DNA of 64,000 nucleotides from Stegostoma tigrinum. Lineage: Eukaryota. Below the pieces are notes generated by a model, which worked only from the letters and a program-made list of their open reading frames with translations, was not told the DNA's origin and searched no databases. Of this stretch, positions 33,500-45,800 are shown piece after piece (positions within the stretch are counted from its first letter, which is position 1; the number at the start of each line of letters is the position of its first letter). The DNA lies in the NCBI RefSeq assembly GCF_030684315.1, contig NC_081391.1:14175342-14239341 (forward strand). Direction: 5' to 3'. Made by a program: the position numbers and the translations under genes.

Positions 33500-34717
33500 C
33501 AGCATCCTTTTTATATACAGTCAATCTTGAGTGTGCCAATGGCAAGGCTACATTTAGTGCTCAGCAACTGTTACACTTCAGGAGGTGGTGATGAGCTGGT
33601 TATTACAGTCCACCTGGTGTGGGAGAGTCCGGAATGATGCTGCTGCTGAGGAGGGGCTTCTGGGATTTTCATTCTCAAACAGGGATAGTGTTCCTGGCGA
33701 TAGATTTACTTCAAGCTGCTTGAGTGAGGTAGGGGCTGCACTGAGCCAGAAAATTCTGAACCGTTCCATAAATATTCATTAACACATCCTGACCCCAGTC
33801 TTATACATGGTGGACAGGCTTTGGAAAGTCAAAAGTTGAATACTTTGGAACAGAGTTCCCTGCCTGTGACCTCCCAGTTTCTGAGCTGTATGTTCTGCAG
33901 AATGCAATGTAAACAGCACCGCAAACTCTCTGCTCAGAAACAGGCTGGAGTTAAGCGCTAACACAGTGTGGAGCTGGATGAACACAGCAGGCCAGGAAGC
34001 ATCAGAGGATCAGGAAAGCTGATGATTCAGATAGCGACCCTTCTTCAGTAAAGGAAGATTCAGCACATTTCTGAAGAAGCTTCCTGACCCGAAACATCAG
34101 CTTTCCTGCTCCTCTGATGCTGCCTGGCCTGCTGTGTGCATCCAGTTCCACATTGTGTTATCTCTGACTCCAGCAACAGCAGTTCTTACTATCCGTGAGG
34201 GAGTTCAGCGCTGGTCGTCCTCGAAGTGATTAAAAACTGAACACGGAGATAAAAGTGCTGAACGTGCAGTATAATTCTCACAGCTATCTCCTGGTCCATT
34301 TACGTATAGAGCCTGAGGCCTGTTGTGTGTCTGAGACACTCAGCACCTTTCGCATTTTGATTTTCAATCTGGCCTACTCAGATCCAAAGTCGACAAGATC
34401 TCGGCAGATTCAGAATGGATCCACAATGTACATCAGTTGTCTGTACTAAATGGTCTGAAAGCACATGGATTCTGTTGCTGTAGCTCAATAGGAAAATGTT
34501 TACTGTTGACAAAATCTGGCCATTTCTCACTGGGCTCCAACACTGTCGGTCAAAAGGTACAAAGACTAATCCCTCAGAGTAACAAACTGACAGAATTCGG
34601 CAAATCTGTGATGAGTGTTTATTAAGAAATAGCCTCAGATACAAAAGTGAAGTTTTAGAGTGTATTTTATTCTCATTTTCAGGGAGATGTACTTCCAGAA
34701 TTTGCACTTGTGCAGGA

Positions 34718-34896
34718 GGTCAATCAGCAATTCCATCATCGACCAGTTGTCAATTCTGATCGGTTTCTGGATCCAATTCCCATCCTGCACTGATTGGACG
34801 TGGCAACTGATCAATTGATTAACAAGAGTGATTGGCCATCACTGATGATGTCATTTCCTGTTTCATAAAATGATGGTCTGCATTGGGGTATAAATA
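34718..34896 (+). promoter_or_regulatory. Proximal promoter of copy 5
   Basis: Same block as copy 1; TATAAA 34889. Confidence 0.55.
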
Positions 34897-34991
34897 ATGT
34901 CCTAAGAGAGTGATGTTTTAGGTGAAGTTGGTTTTCTTTCCAAGTTTGTTGTTTTGTTGTGCTGGGTTAGGAAAGCTGTTTGTGTCACAAG

Positions 34992-37900
34992 ATGGCCTCC
35001 CAAATCAGTCAGAACTATCACCAGGATTGTGAAGCTGCTGTCAACAAGCAGATTAATGTGGAGCTCACTGCCTCCTATCTCTATCAGTCTTTGGTGAGTG
35101 CTGTCCCTGTGGTGTTGGAGTTAAATCTGTTATGGTTAAGTCAACAGTTTTTCTTGTTTGTAACTAACTTGGAACTACTGTAGATAGTGTTTTATATTTC
35201 CCTTCTATTTAAACACCAGGAGAAATCTAATGCTATTAGAAAAATGTGGTATGACACTGATAGACAGTAACTGGGCCCCTATTGACTTTCAGTGACTGTC
35301 TGGTGGGTGAAGTGCTTTGAGAAATACATCTTGTAATTCACTGTCAGGATTGGGACTGGCAGTAACTGTCACTATATCTGAAGATTATCATAACTTGACA
35401 GTATGTTAGAAAGAAGATAACTGAGCGTGGGGCTGGATGACCGCAACAGGCCAAGCAGCATCTCAGGAGCATAAAAGCTGATGTTTTGTGCCTGGACCCT
35501 TCATGCTGCTTGGCCTGCTGTGTTCATCCTGCCTGATGCTTTGTTTTCTTGGATTCTCCAGCTTTTGCTGTTCCCATTATTTGAGTCTTTTGAAAAGAAG
35601 CTGGGATAACCATTAGTTCGTTAGCCTCCTGTTGTAATCTGTCCTGGTGTATCTGTTTTGTCTTGTGATGGATGTAAGCAAACCAGGGTTATATTTCCTG
35701 TTGGAGAAAGGTGTCATAGTGACTGTCCAGAATGACCAAATCTGATTTGCCTCAGCCTTCAGTGTTGGGCTGTGACTCCCTGCCTGTTTAAATAGGTTTC
35801 CAGTAAGGCCTGTTTTGGCTTTTTGCTCTCCTCCCATGAGGTGGGTGTGACCCCATTCTCTCTCAACCTACAGACAATTGATCTGCTGTAGTGTGATATA
35901 TTGGAGCCTCCTGGGTCTACAGGAATGTGCTGAGCTTGTTGAGCCAGCGAAACAAGGCTTTTCCCATACCACCTCTGCTGGTCTGAAACAAGCCAGCCCC
36001 TTTCACCAGCTGGTGGTGTGCCTGTGCCTTTCCAAGGGGGAGAATATGTTTGGAAGGTGAGAGCTGCAGGGGCCCTGGGAGATAATGGTCCCTGAAAAGG
36101 AGGTGGTGAATGCAGTCCCCATGAAGTGGGCTGCTCTGTTCTGGATGCTGTCTGCTTCTTGCATGTTGTAGCTCCACTTCTCCAGACACATGGAGAATAT
36201 TCATCACTCACTGGGCTTGTGCCTGTTGGAAGGAAGTAGTTTCCAATGACATGAGGATCAAGTCCCTGTAAGCCCACTTTGGGAGATGGGAACAGCTTTT
36301 CCTGCTGAACCAGGTGCGTTTTAATCACTGGCCACTGTCCCTACTCAACAGGGGATTGTGCTACTATAAAATCCTCACTATTCTTCACATGTCACATCAT
36401 GTAACAACCCAATTAAATCACACTTTAATCCACCAAGGCAAATCGTCAAGAGCAACTTCTCACCAGGTTTCTTCCCTCAGAACAATCCTCATCTGCTTTA
36501 TGAAGCAGCCAATAAAGTGTTCACTGTTATTCCAGCTTGTTATTCAAGTGTGAATGTCAGTTTAGAATGAGTGCAAGGGGTGGGTCAAGTCTAGAATTTG
36601 ACCTGTACAAATGGGTCAAATCAGGTTTTCCAGCTTCATGTTAACGAGTGACATGATCTGCAGAACAATAGTTCATCTAAAGGTCTCTGACCTTGCTTCA
36701 GTTTGTTTTCAGCAGTGATGCTTGTTTGCAAGCTTCTGCATGTGAGTGTGCTACATAAATGGGTGTAGTAGCCTATTGCAGTAACAATCTAATGGCTGTC
36801 ACTGGGCAGGATTTCCTTTGCAGAATCTTGGTTCCACTTTTGCTCTTTCTCCTCCTCCCATAACGCCAACAGCATCTCTTGCAGAGCTATCATCCAATCC
36901 GATTGATCTCCAGGTTGTAGAAGACTCGCTCCCTCCTGGCTATATTATTACAGCAGTGCCCAGTGTCTGTATGTTACTTTAGCCCCAAAGGAGAAATGTA
37001 GTGTCGTGCAGCTGCCCCACCCTGAGTCTATCCTGCACACCAACTCCTGGCCATTCCTCCAATTCTGTGACATCCGTCAGTGGAAACATGAATTCAGCTT
37101 TTCTCAGCATAGGCTGTGCCAGACCACCCCCACCCTGAACAATTTGATAGTGCTTTCAAACCCAAACATGGTAACTGGAGGAAGCTGGGTTTGTCTAGAT
37201 TGATCCAGTTAACAGATCTGCCGGCAAATTGAACCACACTAGGTTCACAGGCCAATTTTGTGTAGCCACACTTAGACAGCTGGCCGAACCTTCAGTTTGC
37301 TTTTGAAGGATAAACCAGGTCTGCAGTTCTGAACTATATTCAGGCCCAGTGGTACATTTTAATGGGCTTTAACTTGTTCCCTCTCCCTTCCAGATGTCCT
37401 ACTTTGACCGGGATGATGTTGCCCTCCCTCGTTTCTCCCGGTTCTTCAAAGATCATTCCCAGCAGAAGCGGGAACATGCGGAGAAGCTGCTGAAATTCCA
37501 GAATCAGCGTGGAGGCAGAGTCCTCCTTCAGGATGTGAAGGTTGGAGTTGGGAAGAGATGGTTGGGTGGGGTGAGGTTTCAAGTCAGTGACCAGCATTTC
37601 TCACACTGAAAAGTGAGACATGCTACCATTTGGCTTCCCGGTTTCTCCTGAAATACCAGAAATCTTTCAAACAAGCCCTTTGGCCCACCATGCCTATGCT
37701 GACCCAACAAACACCCAACCACATTAATCCCATCTACCTGCACTTGGACTGCAGCCCACGATGAGGTGGCATTAAGTAGTTGTCCAGATGTTGCTGGAGT
37801 AGCTGCCTTCACTCGGGTGTTGCATTTCACAAACCTACTTCTGTTTTTTAGGAGGAGTTGGAGGTGGTGGGTTTCCTCCAACCTGGAGCCTCACTTGCAC

Positions 37901-39431
37901 CCCCTCCAGTGTTTATCCTGTCCCTGTGATTGTGGTTCTGGTCACCACACAGGCCAGGTCAAAGATGGAAGACAATGCTGCATAGTTTCTGACCAGACTT
38001 GGGCCACCCAATAGGGACAGGCATCATGTAGGCCAACTTCACCCTCTGGTTGACCTTTGCTGATCCTTGAGGGGTCAATGGTCTTGGGCACTTTGGTATC
38101 TCTGCTCCTTACCATTAAAAACCCTGCTGTCCCTTGAATGAATCAAACAGTGATGTTTCTGATCCTGCTGCTCAGACAGATATGAAACAAATGGCACAGG
38201 TGGGACTTCAACCTGGCCCTTGTGTACCAGAACCAGGAACAGTGTCACAGCACCAAGAGCCCTTGGGATTAGGCTGTGCATGTCCTGATCCAAACTCCAG
38301 CAGATGGACACTGGTGTAATCCACACCAGGGTGCAAATTACATCCTTATCCCCATGATGACATGGTCCTGGACTTCCTCATTCAGATCAAGGATAAATGG
38401 GGAAAGGTGAAAGCAGTACCCAAGTAACTTTTTGATCTTCACCTGGACCTCAGGGATGGCACAGTGGCTCAGTGATCAGCACTGCTGCCTCACTGCCAGG
38501 GACCCAGGTTTGGTTCTGGCCTTGGGTGAATGATTGGAATTCACATTTCTCCCTGCATGGGTTTCCTCCCACAGCCCAATGATGTGCTGGTTAGGAGGAT
38601 AGGTCATGGGAAGTGAGGGGTTGCAGAATTGGGTGGGAGTCTTTTCAGGGGGTATTGATGGTCTCAATGGGCTGAATGGCCTATTCCCATGCTGCAGGGA
38701 TTCTGTTTCTGAAGCTTACCTGTCCTTCTCTGCATCCTCAGAAGCCAGAGAAGGATGAGTGGAGTAACAGCCTGCAGGCAATGCAGTTTGCCCTGGATCT
38801 GGAGAAGAATGTGAACCAGAGTTTGCTGGATCTACACCAACTCGCCACAGCCCAGACTGACCCCCATGTAAGCTTCACCTCCTCCTCATTCTCATCACTG
38901 CTGGACCCTCAGGGCAACACTTCATTGGTTGACTTTGTGGTTTGGAAATTCACTGCTGAAACAGTTTTTGTCTGGATATGACATTGCTATCACTGTATTC
39001 ACTCCAGGTACAATGTCACAACTGCTCAGCCATGAGTGACATGGGGAATTTGGGTTATAATCTAGTGGGAGTGCTGAAGTGATATTGGCCACTGAATTCC
39101 CATTCGGGGCCACTCGAGTTGAAATACTTGTGTCCTCACTGGCACAAATTCTCCAGCTATCGGCTGCACTTTGAGGACTGTCTGGAGTTAGTCATGGCTG
39201 AGTCTCTTGCAGTGGGAATTCTGAAATTGTCCTGTGCCATGTTAATGCACAAGTTGTCATAATCCTCTGTTGCAGCTGTGTGACTTCCTGGAGAATCACT
39301 GTTTGGATGAGGAGGTGAGGATCATCAAGCAACTTGGGGACTACATCACCAACCTGAAGCGCCTGGGAGCCCCTGAGAATGGGATGGGAGAGTACCTGTT
39401 TGACAGGCTCTCCCTGGAGGACAGCAGTTAG
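34992..39431 (+). CDS. Ferritin subunit, copy 5 (type A body, type C 3' flank); exons 34992-35093, 37394-37540, 38742-38867, 39276-39431; intact
   Basis: Open spliced frame with variants [26 protein letters not shown] and [13 protein letters not shown]; TATAAA 34889; AATAAA 39559. Confidence 0.93.
38453..38704 (+). mobile_element. HE1-type SINE in intron 2 of copy 5
   Basis: Paralogous to 5190-5442. Confidence 0.7.
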
Positions 39432-40979
39432 TGTGGCCTGGAGTACTGTCTGTTTGGTCTGAATGCATTCCCCACTTCACCCTGGACAACCTGTCTCCTT
39501 CCAGGGAGAAGGGACTTGGAGCAAAGAATGTAATGGTTGTACCAGCTGAATGGGAATGAATAAAATGATGTGTTGATCTTGCTTATTGCCCATCATTCAG
39601 AGCCCTGTATAATTTTGGTAGTTATTCTGAGAGATTGAAGCATTTTAATTTTTCTACTGTTTGACTGGTTGATCAAATTACTAATTGGGCTAAACATTTC
39701 CTTGTTTCGACACTCAATCCAATCCGTACTCTGTCAGACAAGGATACCAAGAGCAACTCGCTCTGACCTATCAATCAATGATGTTCCTCCAAACGGAACT
39801 TGAGGATATTGGGTTTGTCGGGTGCAACTTGCTCTTCACTGTCTTGTTTTTTTTCAAAAAAAACTACACTTCTGGATGCGATCCATACTATGGAAGGAAA
39901 GAAACTCCCTTTTTGGGAAAGGGAGTTCTGCTGCTCTGCCGACGGGAAGAGGAGACACCCAGTCTCGGGATTCTCTGACAGTCCTCTTTCCACATTCACC
40001 TTGTCTGTCCAAGAGCTTTCGCTCACCCCTCCCCTACTAAATGGTACTAGCACCATTAATATTCACCTGCAGATGTGGCTTCGGGTTATTGGGATGAGCT
40101 AAGGTTCAAACCAACCTTGGGACATGTACTATTAGTTGCGGGGTTTTTCCATCCCCGCTCACCCCCCTGACCCTCCTCTGATCTTACTGTTAGCAATTGG
40201 GTATGTTGGCCAGCTCATCCCTCCTTCGTCTGAGATAAATATGCTGGTCCTACTGGTCGCTTTGATTCACGACCCACTGCAATCAGGGAGTCAATCCCCC
40301 CCAGTGCGGGCATGTTTCCCATAAACAACCCCAAGTTGTCCTGATGTGGCTTGTTCATTCCTCTTTGCTTTGCCTGTTTATCGGATTCTCTCCAACAAAC
40401 AGCCACTTTAGAATCAGCACATTGTCTCATTGCCACCTACAGCAGGAGAGGAGTGGCCGGGGAGTAACACAGCAACACTCATGGTTACATGCTGCTGTTT
40501 GATTGGCTCTTGCTGCTACAGCCAGCGTTGAGTGCACTCAGCTGCTCCCTATGTTCCTCTGAGCTTCCCCTGTGCTGCAGGTTGCCTTGACTCAGTGATG
40601 GTGAACGAGCAGTGATTTCTGTTCAACTTGGGAATGGTGTGACTGAGGGAGGAAACCTGGAGCTGCATACCATCCTGTACGGCTGTTTACTTTCTCGTTC
40701 GAGCTGTCACACATTCTGGGGATTACCTCTGACTTTTGCAGCTCCTGTGCAATGTAGCCTTTGGAGAGGACATGTCTCTTATGTGACTGAACATATCTGT
40801 TACATGACAGAAATCCTTTTAATTTGGAGCAATCTTAATTCTTGTCAATAAGTCCCTGTTGTCCAGGAAGCAGCCATTTGGCCAGTGCAGCGTCGACACT
40901 CTACACCCCATCCTGTTCAGACCCACTCCATTCCCTTAACACTGGTTCCCATGGCTAATTCAGCTAGCCCCTTGTCATT

Positions 40980-41512
40980 CAGCAATTTAGTGTTGCCCAT
41001 CCACTTAACCTGAAAAGTGTTGGACCGTGGGAGAAAACTGGAGAACCTGGGAGACACGGGGAGAAAATGCAAACTCCAGACAGACAGTTCCCGAAGGCTG
41101 TAATGGAACGTCGGACCTTGTCACTGGGAGGTAACCGTGCTAACCACTGAGCCACTATCACACCCAAATGTACCAAACAAAGGAATATGTTGTTGCAGAC
41201 CATGAGAGTCACAGAGGCATACAGCATGGAAACAGGCCCTTCAGCCCAGCCTGTCCACGCCAACCACGTTTCCACTACTGAACAAGTCCCACTTGCCCAC
41301 GTTTTGCCCATATTCCTCCAAACCGAATCTGTAAATGGAAACATCTAAATGTCTCTTCAATGTTGTAATTGTAAACACTTCTACCACTTCCTCTGGCAGC
41401 TCATGCCATACACACACCATTGTCTCAGTGAAAATGTCCCTTTTAAATCTTTCTCCTCTCCCCTCTCCTCTCAAACCGATGCCATCTAGTTTTGGACTCC
41501 CCTACTCTGTCC
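40980..41512 (-). mobile_element. HE1-type SINE plus CR1 3' fragment (spacer before copy 6)
   Basis: Duplicate of 26205-26736. Confidence 0.7.
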
Positions 41513-42544
41513 CAGCATGCTTTTTATATACAGTCAATCTCGAGTGCGCCAATGGCAAGGCTACATTTAGTGCACAGCAACTGTTACACTTCAGGAGGTG
41601 GTGATGAGCTGCTTATTACAGTCCACCTGGTGTTGGTGAGACCGGAATGATGCTGCTGCTGCTGCTGAGGAGGGGCTTCTGAGAGTTTCATTCACAAACA
41701 CTGATATTGTTCCAAGTCAGGATGGTGACAGAGTTACATGGAGCTGCTTGACTGTTGCTGGGTCTACATGCAATCAGAAAATTGTACAGTGTTCCATCAC
41801 ACTTCCTAACTTCAGACTTCTCGATTGTGGACAGGCTTTGGGAAGTCAGGAGTTCAGCAATTCACAACAGAATTCCCAGCCTCGGGAAATTGAAATCAGC
41901 ATTGAAACTTGTGGGTCAATCCAATCAGATAGTGCTAGATTGCAATCTGCTTTTGAGGCTGGGAGGCCAGTTGCTCAGCTCCACAATCTAGACAATGCAA
42001 TGTAACCAGAACCAGAAACTCTCACTTGGAAACACGCTTCAATTGAGGGCGAGTTCTGTTTTGAAAAATTAAAAACTGCACATGGACATAGAAGTGTTCA
42101 ACGTGCGATACATTTCCTGCAGCAATTCAGTAGAAAGGCCTGAGGCCTACCGTGTACCTGAAGCACTCAGCACATTTAGCATTTTGGTTTTCAAACCGTG
42201 CTTCCTCAGACCCAAGTCCAAACAGATCACAGTAGATACAGAATGAATCCACAAAGTAGATTGTTTTTCTGTATTAGATGGTCCAAAAGCATATGAATTC
42301 TGTTGACGCACAGCAATGGGAAAATTTTACTGTTAACAAAATCTAGTCATTTTTCAATGGGCTACAAATCTGTGATTCAAAAGGTACAAAGACTAATCCC
42401 TCAGAGTCACAAACCGACAAAATTCATCAAATCTGTGATGAGCGTGTCTTAACACATAACCTCAGATACAAAGGTAAAGGTTCAGAGTCTATTTTGTTCT
42501 CATTTTCAGGGAGATGTACTTCCACAATTTGCACTTGTGCAGGA

Positions 42545-42725
42545 GGTCAATCAGCAATTCCATCATCGACCAGTTGTCAATTCTGATCGGTTTCTGGATC
42601 CAATCCCCATCCTGCACTGATTGGATGTGGCAGCTGATCAATTGATTACCAAGAGTGATTGGCCATCACTGATGATGCCATTTCCTGCTTCATAAAATGA
42701 GAGTCTGCTCCTGGAGAAAAAAGTA
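42545..42725 (+). promoter_or_regulatory. Proximal promoter of copy 6 (TATA-less)
   Basis: Same block as copy 4 but GAGTATAAG is replaced by GAGAAAAAAG. Confidence 0.5.
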
Positions 42726-42822
42726 ATGCCCCAAGGAGGTTATGTTTTCTTGTCTTGTTGATCTTGGTTCTAAATTGGTCACTTTTGTAGTGAAGAGAGT
42801 AAAACAAACTCCTCATCACAAG

Positions 42823-45800
42823 ATGGCCTCCCAGATTAGTCAGAATTACCACCAGGATTGTGAAGCTGCTGTCAACAAGCAGATTAATGTGGAGCTCACT
42901 GCCTCCTATCTCTATCAGTCTTTGGTGAGTGTTGCCTCTCAGGGGTTTAACATTTAAACTATCATGTCAAAGTGACTGGTTTCCCTTGTTTCTAACTAAC
43001 CTGATATTCTTGTACACTGACTGTAATTGTTCTTAAGTGAACTGCAATTCAGGATGAATGTGATGTTTCCATAGCAATGGGCTATGGGACTGATGCCCCA
43101 CTTGGCCTGCAGTGACACATTGAGGTGAAGTGTTCTTGGTGTTCTCAGACTCCCTTAGACTGTTGTGACTGGCAGTAACTGTTACTCCCTCATTAGGGTT
43201 GTTGAAAGTGAAGGTTTGTTAGGCCTGTTCCTGGGGTCGCATGATCTAGTGTATTGGTGCTACTGGAATGTCTGGAGATTTTTCACTCCATAACAGTGAA
43301 GAAATGGAGATTCTACTCTCATGCTGGCCCTATTTGAAACAGGCCTCTTTTGTCAGTTGGCGCTGTGCCTGTGACCACCTGAAAAATAGTCTCATTTGTA
43401 GGTGAGAGAGATAATAGCAAGTGCAGATGCAGGAGAATCTGTTTATAACAAGGTGTCGAGCGAGAATAACAGCAGGCCAAGTGGCACCTTAGGAGCAGGA
43501 AAGCTCCTGTTTCAGGACTAAAGGGTCTAGGCCCGAAACATTAGCTTTCCTGCACTGAAGATGCCACTTGGCTGGCTGTGTTGTTCCAGCTCTAAACCTT
43601 GTTATCTTGGATTTATGTATACAAGGTGTTATTCTTTTTTTCAGTGAGGGGAAAACATCATGCCTTGCGATTGCCTCACGTTTGTTTTTTATTCTCCAGT
43701 AGGATTGACTGTAGAACAGTACAGGCCCTTAAGCCCTCGCTGTTGTGCTGACCTGTCATACCGATCTGAAGCCCATCTAACCTACACTATTTCATATGTG
43801 TCCATGTGCTCTTCTGATGATGACTTAAATATACCTCAAGTTGGCGAATCTACAACCATTGCAGGCAAAGCATTCCATTCCCTTCCTACTGAGTAAAGAA
43901 ACTACCTTTTGACATCTGTCCTATATCTTCCAACCCTCAGTTTAAAGGTAGGCCCCCTCGTGCTTGCCGTCTTCCTCCTAGGAAGAAGCCTTTCCCTATC
44001 TAACCCTCTGAATATTTTGTCTCAATTAAGTCTCCTCTCAACGTTCGTCTCTCTCTGTTGAAAACAGCCTCAAGCCCCTCTGCCTTTCCTTGTGAGATGT
44101 TCCCTCCATACCAGGCAACATCCCAGTAAATCTCCTCTGCACCCTTTCCAAAGCTTCCACATCCTCCTTATAATGCAGTGACCAGAACTGTACGCAATAC
44201 TCAGTGTGGCCACAGAGTTTTGTACAGCTGCAGCATAACCTCTTGGTTCCAGAAAACAATCCCTCTGTTAATAAAAGCCAAAACACAATGCCTTAACAGC
44301 CCTGTCAACCTGGGTGGCAAATTTCAAGGACCTGTGTACATGGACAACGAGATCTTTGTTCATCGACACCACCAAGATTCTTACCATTAGCCCAGTACTT
44401 TGCCTTCTGGTCACTCCAACAAAGTGCATCACCTCACACTTGGCTGCATTAAACTCCATTTGCCACCTCTCAGCCCAGCTCTGCAGCTTATCTATGTCTC
44501 TCTGCAACCTGTAGCATCCTTCGTCATTATCTGCAACTCCACCTTCGTGTCGTCTGCAAGTTTACGAACCCATCCTTCTACGCCCTCATCCAGGTCACTT
44601 ATAAAAATGGCAAACAGCAGTGGACCCAGCACCGACCCTTGTGGTACACAACTAGTAACTGGTCTCCAGGATGAACACTTCGCATCAACTACCACCCTCT
44701 GTCTTCTTTCAGCAAGCCAATTTTCAGTCCAAACTGCTATATCTCCCACAATCCCATTCCTCTACACTTTGTACAGTAGCCTATTGTGGGGAATGTTCTC
44801 GAACGCCTTGCTGAAATCCATATACACCACATCAACCGGTTTACTCTCATCTACTTGTTTGATCACCTTCTCAAAGATTGAGGGTCTGAGTGGCCTAATC
44901 CTGTTTGTTCTGATAACAGTTTTTGTTTCTTTGGTTTTAACTTTCTTTAAAAATGAACCAGTGTCTTCAGGATTGCCTCTAATTATTTTGAACTGCGTAG
45001 AAGCTGTCTCTTTGTCACAAGCTCCAACTTCATGTTCAGCATGGAACCAAGTTTAAATCTACATCTACATGACTGACTGACTGACCAACAGTCGCTTCTC
45101 TCCCATCCCCATATACCGGAGGTTTAACACCTTTATTGAATAGTCAGCCTGATCGGGAAGGCTCGCTTCTTCTCACCACTGAGACTGAACTGTGGCCAGT
45201 CATGTGTTTCATGGGCTTTTGTCTGTTTTCTTTTCCAGATGTCCTACTTTGACCAGGACGATGTTGCCCTCCCCCATTTCTCCCGGTTCTTCAAACATCA
45301 GTCCCAGGAGAAGCAGGAACATGCAGAAAAGCTGCTGAAATTCCAGAATCAGCGTGGAGGCCGGGTCCTCCTCCAGGATGTGAAGGTTAGAGTTGGCAAC
45401 ATATGGCTGCTCTTGTCATGTGGCTTCAAGTCATCAGTGGCAGGATGTTTGCCTCCTCTCGGGAGAGTGAAGAGTTCTTTCAGTTTGATTTCTAAGTTTC
45501 ATATCCTCAAAGTCATGCAGTGTATGGGAAAAGCCACTTGCCCCCCCATAAACAGAACTACACTAATCTGACTTGCTTGCACTTGGTCCACAGATGACTA
45601 TACCCTGGCATGAAGTACATGTCCAGATACTGCTGGAGTTGCTATCTCCACTGCCTTCTCTTCCCCTCCCCACCCAGACCACGGTTCAACTCTGATCTTG
45701 ATCAGCCTCCTTTTTGGAATGTGGTTTCCTCCAATTGCCCCTCTATAACCTGCTTACTCCTCAAACCTGTGCTCTCTGTTCTGTCTTCCTCATGGCCCAC

